From NCBI GenBank assembly GCA_030648515.1, contig JAUSHK010000002.1, forward strand, positions 7,799 to 71,798: a stretch of 64,000 nt of DNA, written 5' to 3'. The translations under genes and the position numbers were made by a program. The stretch is from Candidatus Jorgensenbacteria bacterium. Its GTDB lineage: Bacteria > Patescibacteriota > Minisyncoccia > UBA6257 > GWB1-50-10. The notes under the pieces are model-generated. The model was not told the origin of the DNA. It worked only from the letters and a program-made list of their open reading frames with translations, and did not search any database. Numbering within the stretch: position 1 is the stretch's first letter; every line of letters starts with the position of its first letter. This document shows, piece after piece, positions 10,395 through 20,346 of this stretch.

Positions 10395-10814
10395 TTATTT
10401 CTCCAGAATATATTTGAGCCACCTCTCAAACGATATCCCATCCCAAGCATCGCCATCCGGACAAAACTCGTATGGAAAAACGATTAACCTAGTGATAGCT
10501 TCCTTTATAAGCATTGCCTTTCCCTCCTTACTTGCAATTTTACATTTATCCCAATCGGGAACTTCTTGCCTAACCTCCATTTCGCATAGAGTAAGGGTTC
10601 CCCGGAGAAGCGGGCATGAATTTCCTTTTTGATCCTCAATCAAGATAGGATCGTACTGAAAAAACCCGCGGAAAGGACATCGATAGCGCTTTTTCTCCCG
10701 AAACGGCTTTAATTCCTCATTAAAACTGTGTTTCTTTTTTAAAAATTTCTTAGAGAGAAAATAAGTAAAAATGATAACACTAATAGGAACAGCAACGGTA
10801 GTTACGCCGGCCAT
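10395..10814 (-). CDS. membrane-anchored hypothetical protein
   Basis: N-terminal TM helix, then a Cys-containing soluble domain. Confidence 0.35.
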   Translation of the reverse strand: MAGVTTVAVPISVIIFTYFLSKKFLKKKHSFNEELKPFREKKRYRCPFRGFFQYDPILIEDQKGNSCPLLRGTLTLCEMEVRQEVPDWDKCKIASKEGKAMLIKEAITRLIVFPYEFCPDGDAWDGISFERWLKYILEK

Positions 10815-10925
10815 AAGTATCTCCTCTTTTTAGACAGGTTTAGATTTAAGAGCTGATTTTAAATTAGCACGTTTTATAAACACGTCAAACAAAAAACAAG
10901 CGGGTGAAAATTAAAAAATTACCGC

Positions 10926-11318
10926 CTATTTCTTAGGCGGTAATGCGCACCCGCTCGCCTCCGATAATTTCTCAAGTCCCTGCTCCCCTACCAATTTTGT
11001 GCCGTCAGGCAAAATCCATGTCGGGTATCCTTCAATGCCAGCAGAGATGCATTTTTGTGTTTCTTCCGTACATTCAACATACGGAATGTATTTAAATGAA
11101 TCTCCAAATCTCGCCTTCTCGTCCTTGCAATGCGAGCACCAGTACGCGCCGTACATGGTTATTTTTTTATCAGCGATGCACTGCGCGAACGCGTCCAAAT
11201 TTCCATATGGCGAAACTGGACGCGAAAAATACCACATCGCAAAAAACAACGCGCAGATAAAAAGCGCGATTCCAATTATCGCGTATATATTGCCTTTATT
11301 CATGACAACAATCGACAA
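10926..11318 (-). CDS. membrane-anchored thioredoxin-fold thiol:disulfide oxidoreductase
   Basis: N-terminal TM helix followed by a 'WCSHCK' CxxC active-site motif. Confidence 0.6.
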   Translation of the reverse strand: MSIVVMNKGNIYAIIGIALFICALFFAMWYFSRPVSPYGNLDAFAQCIADKKITMYGAYWCSHCKDEKARFGDSFKYIPYVECTEETQKCISAGIEGYPTWILPDGTKLVGEQGLEKLSEASGCALPPKK

Positions 11319-11820
11319 GCTTGTTTACAATATCTTCCATCGTCCACGGCTTTTTTGTGCCGGGGTCGTCTTTGTTTACCTGATCATCGCGGATTTTCTG
11401 TACCCCCGATGCGTCAATGGCTTTTAGCCGAACTGCCCAGAAAAGCGAGTAGAGCCGGTATGCTTTTTTAAACATATCTTCCGCCTCGCTGTTTTTTCCG
11501 TCTCCCAACAGTTTCGTCGCGACTTCCATAAGGCGCATTGACGCGGCAAGCAAGTGTTTCGCGATACACCACGTCTCACCTTCTTTTTCAATAATCATTT
11601 TCCCCAATAAATCTTTCCGCATCTCGCGGATTTCTTTAATCAAGTCAAGGTACTCATTCTTCCCTGTTTTTGAAGCCGTGAAAAAGAAATGTTCTTCCAA
11701 GCTCACGAGGTTCATAATCGCGATGCTCAAATCCTCTTCGCGCGAAAGATCCAGCTTATTGTCTTTTTTGAGCCCTTCGATTTTTTCCACCAGCTTTTTA
11801 AATTGTTCCTCAGTTGCCAT
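11296..11820 (-). CDS. hypothetical alpha-helical protein
   Basis: ORF only. No motif recognised. Confidence 0.35.
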   Translation of the reverse strand: MATEEQFKKLVEKIEGLKKDNKLDLSREEDLSIAIMNLVSLEEHFFFTASKTGKNEYLDLIKEIREMRKDLLGKMIIEKEGETWCIAKHLLAASMRLMEVATKLLGDGKNSEAEDMFKKAYRLYSLFWAVRLKAIDASGVQKIRDDQVNKDDPGTKKPWTMEDIVNKLVDCCHE

Positions 11821-11885
11821 AAGTGAATAGTATACCCTAAATTAAATTAGTTTACTAATTTAATCGGGCGACTAATAGTTTAGCC

Positions 11886-12557
11886 CTAGAGAAAGAAAAT
11901 GACAAAACCTAAGATTATCATTCCTACTGACGCGATAAATCCCGCTCTTTTTAGATTCCCTTTTTTCCACGTATCAAATTTCCGGTAGAGCGTTTCGCTG
12001 CTCGCAATCATAAGCACAACAACAAGCGGCGCAACAAAAACAATGTTGTATAACATAAGCCACGCGAGACCCGACACATACGTTCCGGCATCGTGTAGCA
12101 ATCCGAGTATGAAAAGATACGGCCCGCCGGTGCATGGAAATTCGTAGAGCGCTACGAGCCCGCCAAGTATGAGCGCGGCGGGAACAGAGCCCTTTTCAAT
12201 AAACACCGCGAGTTTTGGATGCGCGCTTTTAGGAATACTGAACTGAATCGGAAACTTCGGGAAAATTCCCTGCAATATATCAAGCACGCCGAACGCGATA
12301 AGAATTACCGCGCCGATTTTTCCGACAAATTTCGGAACGCCGAAGAACGTGAGCGCCTGCAAAACTCCCAGGCCGATAAGTAAATACACAATAAAAATAC
12401 CGAAAATATAAATAAGACCGATTCGGATGATGCTTCCCCGCGCCTTTCCTAAACTAAAAAGAAACGCAATGGTTAAAAGCAAAACAGACAGCGCGCACGG
12501 ATTAATGCTATCCAAAAGCGCCGCTATGGTTACAACAGGAAATGAGAGAGTGGGCAT
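11886..12557 (-). CDS. ccdA: cytochrome c-type biogenesis / thiol-disulfide transporter CcdA (DsbD transmembrane-domain family)
   Basis: Six TM helices with conserved Cys in 'SINPCAL' (TM1) and 'FPCTGGPY' (TM4). Confidence 0.75.
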   Translation of the reverse strand: MPTLSFPVVTIAALLDSINPCALSVLLLTIAFLFSLGKARGSIIRIGLIYIFGIFIVYLLIGLGVLQALTFFGVPKFVGKIGAVILIAFGVLDILQGIFPKFPIQFSIPKSAHPKLAVFIEKGSVPAALILGGLVALYEFPCTGGPYLFILGLLHDAGTYVSGLAWLMLYNIVFVAPLVVVLMIASSETLYRKFDTWKKGNLKRAGFIASVGMIILGFVIFFL

Positions 12558-12559
12558 GA

Positions 12560-12886
12560 TTATTTAATGCCGCTTCCTGGCGGGACAACTACATCGGGCG
12601 CGAGTAAAACCGGAGCGCCATTTTCATCACTTGCGGCAAGGAGCATCCCATTGCTTTCTAACCCCATTAGTTTTCTCGGCTCAAGATTCGCAACAACGAT
12701 AATTTGCCTGCCGATTAGTTTTTCCGGCTCGTACGCCTTCCCTATTCCGGCAAGTATTTGTCTTGGATTTTCTTCTCCTAAATCGACGAGCAGCTTCATA
12801 AGCTTATCCGAACCTTCTACCCGCTCCGCTTCTTTTATTACGCCTGTCTTTAGCTCAATTTTTTTAAAATCGTCTATGGAAATCAT
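12560..12886 (-). CDS. tRNA-binding protein (CsaA / Trbp111 / MetRS C-terminal-like OB fold)
   Basis: 'FKKIELKTGVIKEAERVEGSDKL...IVVVANLEPRKLMGLESNGMLLAA' matches the tRNA-binding OB-fold family. Confidence 0.8.
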   Translation of the reverse strand: MISIDDFKKIELKTGVIKEAERVEGSDKLMKLLVDLGEENPRQILAGIGKAYEPEKLIGRQIIVVANLEPRKLMGLESNGMLLAASDENGAPVLLAPDVVVPPGSGIK

Positions 12887-12971
12887 ATTTTACAATCGTA
12901 ACACATTTTTCATCGGCTTTAAAAACCGCTCTAAAACGGCGGTTTTATATTTAGAATCTAATTCCTGTCGT

Positions 12972-13544
12972 TTATTGCGCAACAAACTTTGTCATTATTG
13001 CACTCCCGCTCGCATCCGTGATCGGCTTATCCGTCGTGTAATTGTATAATTTGTCTCCGTTATCACCGTGAAGCACCGCGTAATATGTTCCGCCGGAAAC
13101 CGTGCCGCGTAAAAGTTCAATCACGCCGGAGCTCGTTCCTGCAGGAAACCATCCGGCGCCTAGCGTGTTTCCAACTACCCCATCGCGTTCTTCGTGAATT
13201 GCAACCCAGCCGGGATTTTCAAATGACACCGATTGTATAACAACGGAATCTCCAGCTGACTGATTATCCACAACTATCGTATTTCCGCCCGATGAGGCAA
13301 CAGCGGAAATTTGATTACTGCCGTCGGTCTTAATGTATGTTGATGTCGCCGTACTTGAAATTTCCGGCACCTCGCCTGCCATCTCATCGCTGCGTCCAAA
13401 AACGTACCACGAAATTCCGAGCCCAACCACAAAAGCGACAATCGCAATCAAAACAATCGTCGGCCAGCTTGTCTTCTTCCGTACGGGCGGTGTTGGTGGC
13501 ATTACAAACTGCACGTTTTCATGTTCTCCTTCCATAGTTAACAA
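12972..13544 (-). CDS. membrane-anchored secreted hypothetical protein
   Basis: TM helix near the N-terminus and a beta-rich, Thr/Ser/Gly-rich ectodomain. Confidence 0.35.
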   Translation of the reverse strand: MLTMEGEHENVQFVMPPTPPVRKKTSWPTIVLIAIVAFVVGLGISWYVFGRSDEMAGEVPEISSTATSTYIKTDGSNQISAVASSGGNTIVVDNQSAGDSVVIQSVSFENPGWVAIHEERDGVVGNTLGAGWFPAGTSSGVIELLRGTVSGGTYYAVLHGDNGDKLYNYTTDKPITDASGSAIMTKFVAQ

Positions 13545-13556
13545 TTATACCATCTT

Positions 13557-14312
13557 CTATTTAGACTCAAAATCCAGCGCCGTGCGCCGGTACGCGCAAT
13601 AATCGCAACTTTGGCTTGCCGCAGGGATAGAATCGCCGTTAAGACATTTTTTTATATCGCCGAGAATGCCCGGAATCCAACTATCATCGCCCTCATAGGG
13701 AATTAAATTCACGTCAAATTCAAGTTTTCCATCAAATGCTTCCCTATCGCGTTTTGCGTTTACATACACAAAATATGCGGTTGGAGAAACCCTGAATCCA
13801 TTTTGCCTAAAAAGCCACTGATATACCTCAACCTGCCGCTTATACGCGTTCTGCCAATCGGCATCAATAGTAACTTCCGTATCCTTGCTCGTCGCCTTAT
13901 AGTCAACAACGATGAGTTTGCCGTCCTTATCAACCCACACATCGTCAATTCCTCCGCGAACCAAAAAATTCGTCGGCTTGTAGAGATATTTCACTCCATG
14001 GCGAAGCGCGTCGCGCCATAACTCAAGCTCCTCGTGCTGAAACGGAACAGCGTCAACGCCGTATTGTTTAAGCAATGGATGAACTGATTTGTGGCTTCTA
14101 TGAATATCAAATTCTTTCTTAAGAAGAAGGTCTACGGCGTTATTTAAAGTAAACGGAAACGAGTCCGGCCGCTTTATTCCCAGGCGCTGATCAAGATAAA
14201 AACATCTTTGGCAGCTCGTGAATAAATCAATTTTTGATCTGCTTATTACAAATGGCTCGCTGGATGAAGAGTCATAAAGCCCCCGAGTTCGTCTTGTGTA
14301 ATTTCCAAACAT
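13557..14312 (-). CDS. PD-(D/E)XK nuclease, Cas4-like (RecB-family nuclease with Fe-S cysteines)
   Basis: 'GGIDDVWVDKDGKLIVVDYKATSK' D-EVDxK-type nuclease motif. One N-terminal Cys pair 'CQRCFY' plus a C-terminal 'C...CDYC' cluster, typical of Cas4/DUF83. Confidence 0.55.
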   Translation of the reverse strand: MFGNYTRRTRGLYDSSSSEPFVISRSKIDLFTSCQRCFYLDQRLGIKRPDSFPFTLNNAVDLLLKKEFDIHRSHKSVHPLLKQYGVDAVPFQHEELELWRDALRHGVKYLYKPTNFLVRGGIDDVWVDKDGKLIVVDYKATSKDTEVTIDADWQNAYKRQVEVYQWLFRQNGFRVSPTAYFVYVNAKRDREAFDGKLEFDVNLIPYEGDDSWIPGILGDIKKCLNGDSIPAASQSCDYCAYRRTALDFESK

Positions 14313-14355
14313 GAAAAATAGTAATTAATAAAAACAACGACTGATACAGTATACC

Positions 14356-14997
14356 TTACGGCTTTAATAACCGCGATAGCGGGCACTGCGCGTGATTATG
14401 CGGCCGAGCAGGACAAAATTTTCTTCCATATTCAATAAAGCGATATGAAATCCCCCGCCATTCTTTTTCGAGAATAAGTTCCATGAGGTCGCTCTCTATC
14501 TTTTTGGGGTCGGTATGCGAAGAGAGCCCGAGCACGCGCGCGAGGCGCCCGACATGCGTGTCAACCGGAATACCGACAACAATTCCGTGCACGCTCTCAA
14601 GAACAATGTTTGCCGTTTTCCTCCCGACGCCCGGAATTTCAAGCATCTCATCCATTGTTTTTGGAATTTTCCCGCCGAATTTTTCTTTCACGAGTTTCGC
14701 CGCGCGCAAAATATTGCGCGTCTTCGCGCGGTAAAATCCGGTCTGCTTAATATCTTCTTCAAATTCCACCTGTCGCGCGCGAACATAATCCTCCAGTTTC
14801 CGATACTTTTTAAAAAGTTTCGCAGTTACCTCGTTTACTTTTTTATCCGTGCACCGCGCGGAAAGAACTACCGCGACTAAAAGTTCCCACGAGGTTCCGT
14901 AATTCAAAAACACACGCGCCTTCGGAAAAAGGCGCTTTAAAGCCGCAACAATTTTTTTAGCCCTGTTTTTCCGCGCAACAAGCGAGAGCAAAACCAT
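14356..14997 (-). CDS. nth: endonuclease III (DNA-(apurinic or apyrimidinic site) lyase)
   Basis: HhH-GPD motif 'LEIPGVGRKTANIVL...VDTHVGRL' and a C-terminal Fe-S Cys cluster. Confidence 0.9.
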   Translation of the reverse strand: MVLLSLVARKNRAKKIVAALKRLFPKARVFLNYGTSWELLVAVVLSARCTDKKVNEVTAKLFKKYRKLEDYVRARQVEFEEDIKQTGFYRAKTRNILRAAKLVKEKFGGKIPKTMDEMLEIPGVGRKTANIVLESVHGIVVGIPVDTHVGRLARVLGLSSHTDPKKIESDLMELILEKEWRGISYRFIEYGRKFCPARPHNHAQCPLSRLLKP

Positions 14998-15115
14998 ACT
15001 AATGGACGAGAGTCACTACGGCGATGGCTTGCTGCATGGTATAAAGCACGTAAATAAGCCCGAGCCCTAACGCGACAAAAAATAGAAATTCAATGTGTCC
15101 CATATTTTTATTTTA

Positions 15116-16345
15116 TTACTCGTACCGCAGCGCCTCAATCGGACTTTTCTTTGACGCTTGACGCGCGGGATAAAGCCCGAAAACTACGCCGGTCAGCGTT
15201 GAAACTCCGACGGCAAGGAGAATGGCGGAAATCGGAAGCGAAAACACCCAGCCAACAGAAAGAAACAGCGGCATGATGAAATATAATAGCGCGACAAAAA
15301 ATGCCCCAATCGCTATGCCCGCAACTCCGCCGACAAATGTAAGCAGTATCGCCTCCCATAAAAATTGCTGGAGAATATCGCTACTTGTCGCGCCAAGCGC
15401 CTTCCGAAGCCCTATCTCGCGTGTCCGCTCAATAACCGAAACAAGCATGATGTTCATGATGCCGATGCCACCGACAACGAGTGATATTGCCGCGATTGCT
15501 GAAAGAAAAATGGTTAAGACGGAAGTAATGTTTCCTAAAAGTTTGAGCGCTTCTTCCTGCGACCGAACTTCAAAATCATCTTTGCTGGGATTGGTTATGC
15601 GATGATTTGCGCGAAGCACCGACGTGATGCGCCCTTTTGTAAATGAAACATCGTACGTGTCGGCGGCTTGTATCGCAAGCTCCTGGTAGTAATCAATTCC
15701 AAGAAGCTGCTTCTGGCCTACGGTGAGCGGGAGAATCGCAACTTGGTCCATACTGAAAATGCCCGCGCCTTTTGATTTCAAAACGCCCACGACACGGAAA
15801 TTCATGTCTTTGAGCCGCACATATTTACCAACCGGATTGCGGTCTTCAAAAAGATCGCTCGCAAGCTTTGAGCCGAGAATAACGACGTGGTTATATGACT
15901 TTACGTCCGATTCGGAAAACGGGTAGCCGTTCGCAAACTCAAGATTAATAATGTTAAAAATGTCCGCGGAAGATGCCTGCCACACCACTGACGTATCGTG
16001 ATTTTCAAAAATTATCCGCGCCTGTCCGCGCACCATCGGCGCGACAGAAAGAACAGATGGTTCGTTTCGCAGCGCTTCAACGTCGCGATCCGTAAGTGTT
16101 TTAATTATTATGCCCTGCACTGATGCCGGCGTGCCGTTTATAGGAGCACCGGGCTGAACTGAGATAAGATTAGAACCGAAACTTTCCACTTGTCCAACGA
16201 TGTATTTTTGTGCCGAAGACCCGATAGACATAATGAGAATTACCGACGCGATTCCAATGACGATTCCCAGCATAGTGAGGAACGACCGCACTTTTGCATG
16301 CCTCAAGCCAGCAACCGCCGTACGCATTGAATCTCGAAACCTCAT
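15116..16345 (-). CDS. ABC transporter permease, MacB/FtsX-like
   Basis: N-terminal TM, a large periplasmic domain, and the C-terminal FtsX four-TM bundle. Its start overlaps the stop of the ATPase gene. Confidence 0.85.
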   Translation of the reverse strand: MRFRDSMRTAVAGLRHAKVRSFLTMLGIVIGIASVILIMSIGSSAQKYIVGQVESFGSNLISVQPGAPINGTPASVQGIIIKTLTDRDVEALRNEPSVLSVAPMVRGQARIIFENHDTSVVWQASSADIFNIINLEFANGYPFSESDVKSYNHVVILGSKLASDLFEDRNPVGKYVRLKDMNFRVVGVLKSKGAGIFSMDQVAILPLTVGQKQLLGIDYYQELAIQAADTYDVSFTKGRITSVLRANHRITNPSKDDFEVRSQEEALKLLGNITSVLTIFLSAIAAISLVVGGIGIMNIMLVSVIERTREIGLRKALGATSSDILQQFLWEAILLTFVGGVAGIAIGAFFVALLYFIMPLFLSVGWVFSLPISAILLAVGVSTLTGVVFGLYPARQASKKSPIEALRYE

Positions 16346-17055
16346 TTGAAAAAGTCTTCTTTTGTCCGGCGTTTTCGCTCTACGCGGATATCAGAATCAA
16401 TTTCGCCGTCCAGCAATTTAATGATGCGGTCCGCGAATTCCGCGGTGTATGTTTCGTGCGTAACAAGAATGATGGTGTGTCCGGATTGGTTCAGTTGTTC
16501 AAGAATTTCCATTACCTGCGCGCCGGAATGCGAATCCAAATTGCCAGTTGGCTCATCGGCAAAAATAACATTCGGATTATTCACGAGCGCGCGGGCAATC
16601 GCCACACGCTGTTTCTGCCCGCCTGAAAGTTTTCCGGCTTCTACGTACAATTTTTCCGGAAGCCCGACAGCGAAGACCGCGCGCTCAACCATTTCCTTCC
16701 GTTTTCCGCGCAGAATACTGTGGTTATAAAGAAGCGGCATTTCAACGTTTTCATACACAGTTGAGCGCGAGAGAAGATTAAACGACTGGAATACAAAACC
16801 CATTTCGCTGTTGCGTATGTGTGCAAGATCGGCATCAGAAAAATCATTGATATCTTCTCCGGAAAACGCGTATGAGCCGCCAGATTGGCGGTCCATAAAA
16901 CTTAGAATATGAAGCAGGGTTGATTTTCCCGACCCTGACGGACCCATGATGGCGACAAACTCTCCTTCCTTAATTTCGAACGTTATGTTCCGTAAGGCCT
17001 GCGTTTCTACTCCGTCATCATAGTATGTTTTTTCAAGATTGAATGCGGAAATCAT
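16342..17055 (-). CDS. ABC transporter ATP-binding protein (MacB/LolD type)
   Basis: Walker A 'GPSGSGKST', signature 'LSGGQKQR', Walker B 'ADEPTGNLD'. Confidence 0.9.
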   Translation of the reverse strand: MISAFNLEKTYYDDGVETQALRNITFEIKEGEFVAIMGPSGSGKSTLLHILSFMDRQSGGSYAFSGEDINDFSDADLAHIRNSEMGFVFQSFNLLSRSTVYENVEMPLLYNHSILRGKRKEMVERAVFAVGLPEKLYVEAGKLSGGQKQRVAIARALVNNPNVIFADEPTGNLDSHSGAQVMEILEQLNQSGHTIILVTHETYTAEFADRIIKLLDGEIDSDIRVERKRRTKEDFFK

Positions 17056-17145
17056 GCCTGGTAGTACAACTTAAAATTACGCGATTTTATATATACCATA
17101 CACATAGATTAGAATTGCAATAACGTTGTACTACCGGGCATGTGT

Positions 17146-18735
17146 CTATCGCGGCTTAAACCCGACGTTTTCTACGCGATCCCCCTCTCGGAGGCCAGAG
17201 ATAACTTCTACATTCCCGTCTTTGCTGCGAATACCAATTGTTATCGGCACCTCCGTCACGGCGGTTCCACTCACTTTGCGCGCAAATATTCCGTTATCAT
17301 TTTCAACTATTGCGAATTGCGGCACTATAACTACTCCCGTTTTTTTCATGGTCTCAATACTGAGATTTGCCGTAAGTCCTGTTTTGAAGCGTTCATCCGG
17401 CGCGAGGAATACCATAGTTACTTTGAAGTTTACGACTCCGTCAATAATTGTTTCTCCTGGATCGATGTACGAAACTTTTCCGTTAAACGTCTCGCCTGGA
17501 AACGCGTCAAGCGTGATTGAAACCGGATTGCTAATTGCAACGCGTCCGATATCAACCTCGGGGACGTTTGCCTCAATCTCAAGATTGTTTTGGGAAATAA
17601 TCGACACGAGAGCAGTTTGCGCGGCCACAATTTCTCCCGGTTTCGCGTCCTCTTTTGTAACAAGGCCCGCGATCGGAGAATGTAGTGTCATTTTTGCAAT
17701 CTGCGCATCAATGGACTGCTTGTTCGCTTCCGCCTGCTTCACTATCGCGGCCTGTTCGGCAATCTGCTCGGGAGTCGAGCCCGCCTTGTCAAGCGCGAGG
17801 TCTCGTTCGGCTTTTGTCACTGTGATTTTTTGGCCAGAAATGAGTTGGGTCTGACTTAGAATGCTTGAGAGCGCGGAGTTTACGTTCGTGCGACCGACTC
17901 CTATGTTTGCTTTGTAGGTGGTCACATCCGCCGAAGATAAGCCCGACGCGTTACTCACGGCATCAAGGGCGACCGCAAGAAAATTATTGATAATTGAAAG
18001 ATGTGTCTGTGCCTTGATAAGCAAATTTTCAAGCATAACGCGGTCCGCATCCGGCGTAGCAACCCCAAGCTCGGTTTTCCATGTATTAATCTCCTGTCCG
18101 GACATGATACGTCCGGAGATAAAATCAACCTGCACTTGCGAATTTGTAACAGTAAATGTCGGCTGAGGATTTGCAGTATCGTCGTTTATAAAGAGGCCAT
18201 CTGTCTTTGAGCGTACCGCATCGCTCGCCTTAGCATACGCATCATTCAAAACCGAAGGGATATTTGTATAATAGCTCGCAAGATCCTCGCGCGCCTTTGC
18301 TAAATCCGTCTCTTTAATCTGCAGCTCCTCAATGCGCGTTCCACGCTTTATTTCATTAAGCCTTGCCTGCGCGCTCTCCACGCCTGCCTCGGCTTGCATA
18401 AGTTGAGCTGAAATTTCTGAAGTGTCCAGTTGTACAAGCGGCTGGCCCGGGAGAACTTTGTCTCCAATATTTGCAAAAACCTGGGAAATTTTCCCGCCGT
18501 TTTCAAATGCCAGACTGATATCGTACACTGGTTTGATTCTGCCCGTTACGACAACTTCCTGCACAACGTCGCCGCGCCCGACAAGCACTGTTTGTAAAAT
18601 ATTTTTCCCGCTTTTCCCGCTCGCGATATAAAAAATCATAGCCCCGATTGCAACAAGAAGAAAACATACGAGAAAAATTTTTCCCGCTGTCCAGTGCTTC
18701 GCTTCTCTGTGATGTATGGCGTGCAGAGTATGCAT
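17146..18735 (-). CDS. periplasmic adaptor (HlyD/MacA-like membrane fusion protein)
   Basis: N-terminal TM anchor and a long coiled-coil/lipoyl/beta-barrel architecture. Lies directly upstream of the ABC ATPase-permease pair. Confidence 0.7.
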   Translation of the reverse strand: MHTLHAIHHREAKHWTAGKIFLVCFLLVAIGAMIFYIASGKSGKNILQTVLVGRGDVVQEVVVTGRIKPVYDISLAFENGGKISQVFANIGDKVLPGQPLVQLDTSEISAQLMQAEAGVESAQARLNEIKRGTRIEELQIKETDLAKAREDLASYYTNIPSVLNDAYAKASDAVRSKTDGLFINDDTANPQPTFTVTNSQVQVDFISGRIMSGQEINTWKTELGVATPDADRVMLENLLIKAQTHLSIINNFLAVALDAVSNASGLSSADVTTYKANIGVGRTNVNSALSSILSQTQLISGQKITVTKAERDLALDKAGSTPEQIAEQAAIVKQAEANKQSIDAQIAKMTLHSPIAGLVTKEDAKPGEIVAAQTALVSIISQNNLEIEANVPEVDIGRVAISNPVSITLDAFPGETFNGKVSYIDPGETIIDGVVNFKVTMVFLAPDERFKTGLTANLSIETMKKTGVVIVPQFAIVENDNGIFARKVSGTAVTEVPITIGIRSKDGNVEVISGLREGDRVENVGFKPR

Positions 18736-18756
18736 GGTGCTTCTATGTGCGCTGAT

Positions 18757-19104
18757 TTATTTTTCCCGCAGCGTGCGGCGTACTACTTTTGACTCAGACT
18801 TGTTTTTATATTTTATAATATCGTTTTTTAGCGTATCCTTTATTTTATCAATTGCTGAGTAAAGATCGGTGTTATTATTCTCAACCCGCAAAACCTCGCC
18901 AGGCAGTTTGAGGTTTGCTTCGGCATAAAACACGTTTCCGTGGCGGTGGTGTTTTGTCGTGTGGCTGATTTCAACATGAATAGTCGCCTCCCCTGAAGTT
19001 TCGTAATGCCGAAGTATGCGCTCAAGCATCATAAACTTTTCCTCCACATACGTGCGGATTGCGGGAGTGAGTTCCATTCCTGTCGCGAGAATATTTAACC
19101 TCAT
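18757..19104 (-). CDS. hpf: ribosome hibernation-promoting factor (HPF/RaiA family)
   Basis: 'MRLNILATGMELTPAIRTYVEEKF...' matches the sigma-54 modulation protein / S30EA family. Confidence 0.85.
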   Translation of the reverse strand: MRLNILATGMELTPAIRTYVEEKFMMLERILRHYETSGEATIHVEISHTTKHHRHGNVFYAEANLKLPGEVLRVENNNTDLYSAIDKIKDTLKNDIIKYKNKSESKVVRRTLREK

Positions 19105-19144
19105 GCAGTGCCTTTATTGTACCACACCTTACTGACACTGAATT

Positions 19145-19975
19145 TTGTCGCGTATTCCATTTAAGAACGTGGCGTGGCATAGTACTAAGCGAACACAGAA
19201 ATCTATGACTACTGCGACACTTCCCGCGTTTCTGAGTGTAATTATTGTAAGCCTCCTGTCGCTTATTGGAGTATTTACGCTTTCATTAAGCAACGCGGCG
19301 CTTCGAAAAGTAATCTTTTTCGGCGTGAGCCTCTCCGTCGGCGCGCTTTTCGGCGACACATTTATTCACCTCATTCCTGGAGCATTTGAGAAAATCAAAA
19401 ACACCGAACTCATTTCGGTGCTTATACTTTTTGGAATCATTCTTTTCTTCGTGCTTGAAAAGTTCCTCGCGTGGCGGCACACGCATGCGGAAGAACATCA
19501 AATTATTACGACTCCGCCCACGCACGGAGTTAGCCCGCTCGGGCCAATGGTACTCGCCTCGGACGCCGTGCATAATTTTATTGACGGCATCGCAATCGGC
19601 GCAAGTTATGTCGCGGGTTTTGAAATCGGGATTGCGACGACAATTGCGATTATTCTTCACGAAATTCCGCACGAAATCGGCAATTTCAGTATTTTGCTTC
19701 ACGCCGGGTTCGGAAAAACGCGTGCGCTCTTTTTGAACTTTCTCTCGGCACTCGCGGCAATCTTGGGAACCGCGCTCGCGCTTGCCGCGGGAAACTCGTT
19801 TGAAAATCTTACCTCAATCGTTATGGCGATAACCGCCGGAAGCTTTATCTACATCGCCGGTTCGGACCTTGTCCCCGAACTTCATAAAACTCCGGAGCCG
19901 GGAAAATCCGCGCTTCAGCTTATTTCAATCATCGTAGGAATTCTCCTGATGCTCGCAATCCAGCTTGTTGAATAG
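19145..19975 (+). CDS. ZIP-family zinc transporter (ZupT-like)
   Basis: Eight TM helices with the ZIP signature 'HEIPHEIGNF'. Confidence 0.85.
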   Translation: MSRIPFKNVAWHSTKRTQKSMTTATLPAFLSVIIVSLLSLIGVFTLSLSNAALRKVIFFGVSLSVGALFGDTFIHLIPGAFEKIKNTELISVLILFGIILFFVLEKFLAWRHTHAEEHQIITTPPTHGVSPLGPMVLASDAVHNFIDGIAIGASYVAGFEIGIATTIAIILHEIPHEIGNFSILLHAGFGKTRALFLNFLSALAAILGTALALAAGNSFENLTSIVMAITAGSFIYIAGSDLVPELHKTPEPGKSALQLISIIVGILLMLAIQLVE

Positions 19976-20025
19976 AAAACAAATCCCGCCTGTCCATGGA
20001 CAGGCGGGATTGTTATTATCGTGAT

Positions 20026-20346
20026 TTAGAATCTGCCACCTCCGAATCCCCCTCTTCCGCCGCCAAAGCCACCGCCACCTTGACGAGGAGCACGAGGTTC
20101 GAATGGGCGAGCTTCGTTCACTGTAAGAGCGCGTCCGTCAATTTCTTTTCCGTTGAATGTCTCGATAGCTTTATCTGCTTCGCTATCGTTTGCCATTTCA
20201 ACAAAACCAAAACCGCGGGAACGTCCTGACATTTTATCAGTAACAACCGTCGCTGATGTGACGGCTCCTGCTTTCTCAAATGTTGAGCGAAGTGTCGCGT
20301 CATTCATTGAGTAAGGGAGGTTACCGATGTACAATCTCTTTGCCAT
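20026..20346 (-). CDS. RNA-binding protein (RRM domain, glycine-rich C-terminus)
   Basis: RNP-2 'LYIGNL' and RNP-1 'RGFGFVEM'. Gly/Arg-rich tail. Confidence 0.85.
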   Translation of the reverse strand: MAKRLYIGNLPYSMNDATLRSTFEKAGAVTSATVVTDKMSGRSRGFGFVEMANDSEADKAIETFNGKEIDGRALTVNEARPFEPRAPRQGGGGFGGGRGGFGGGRF

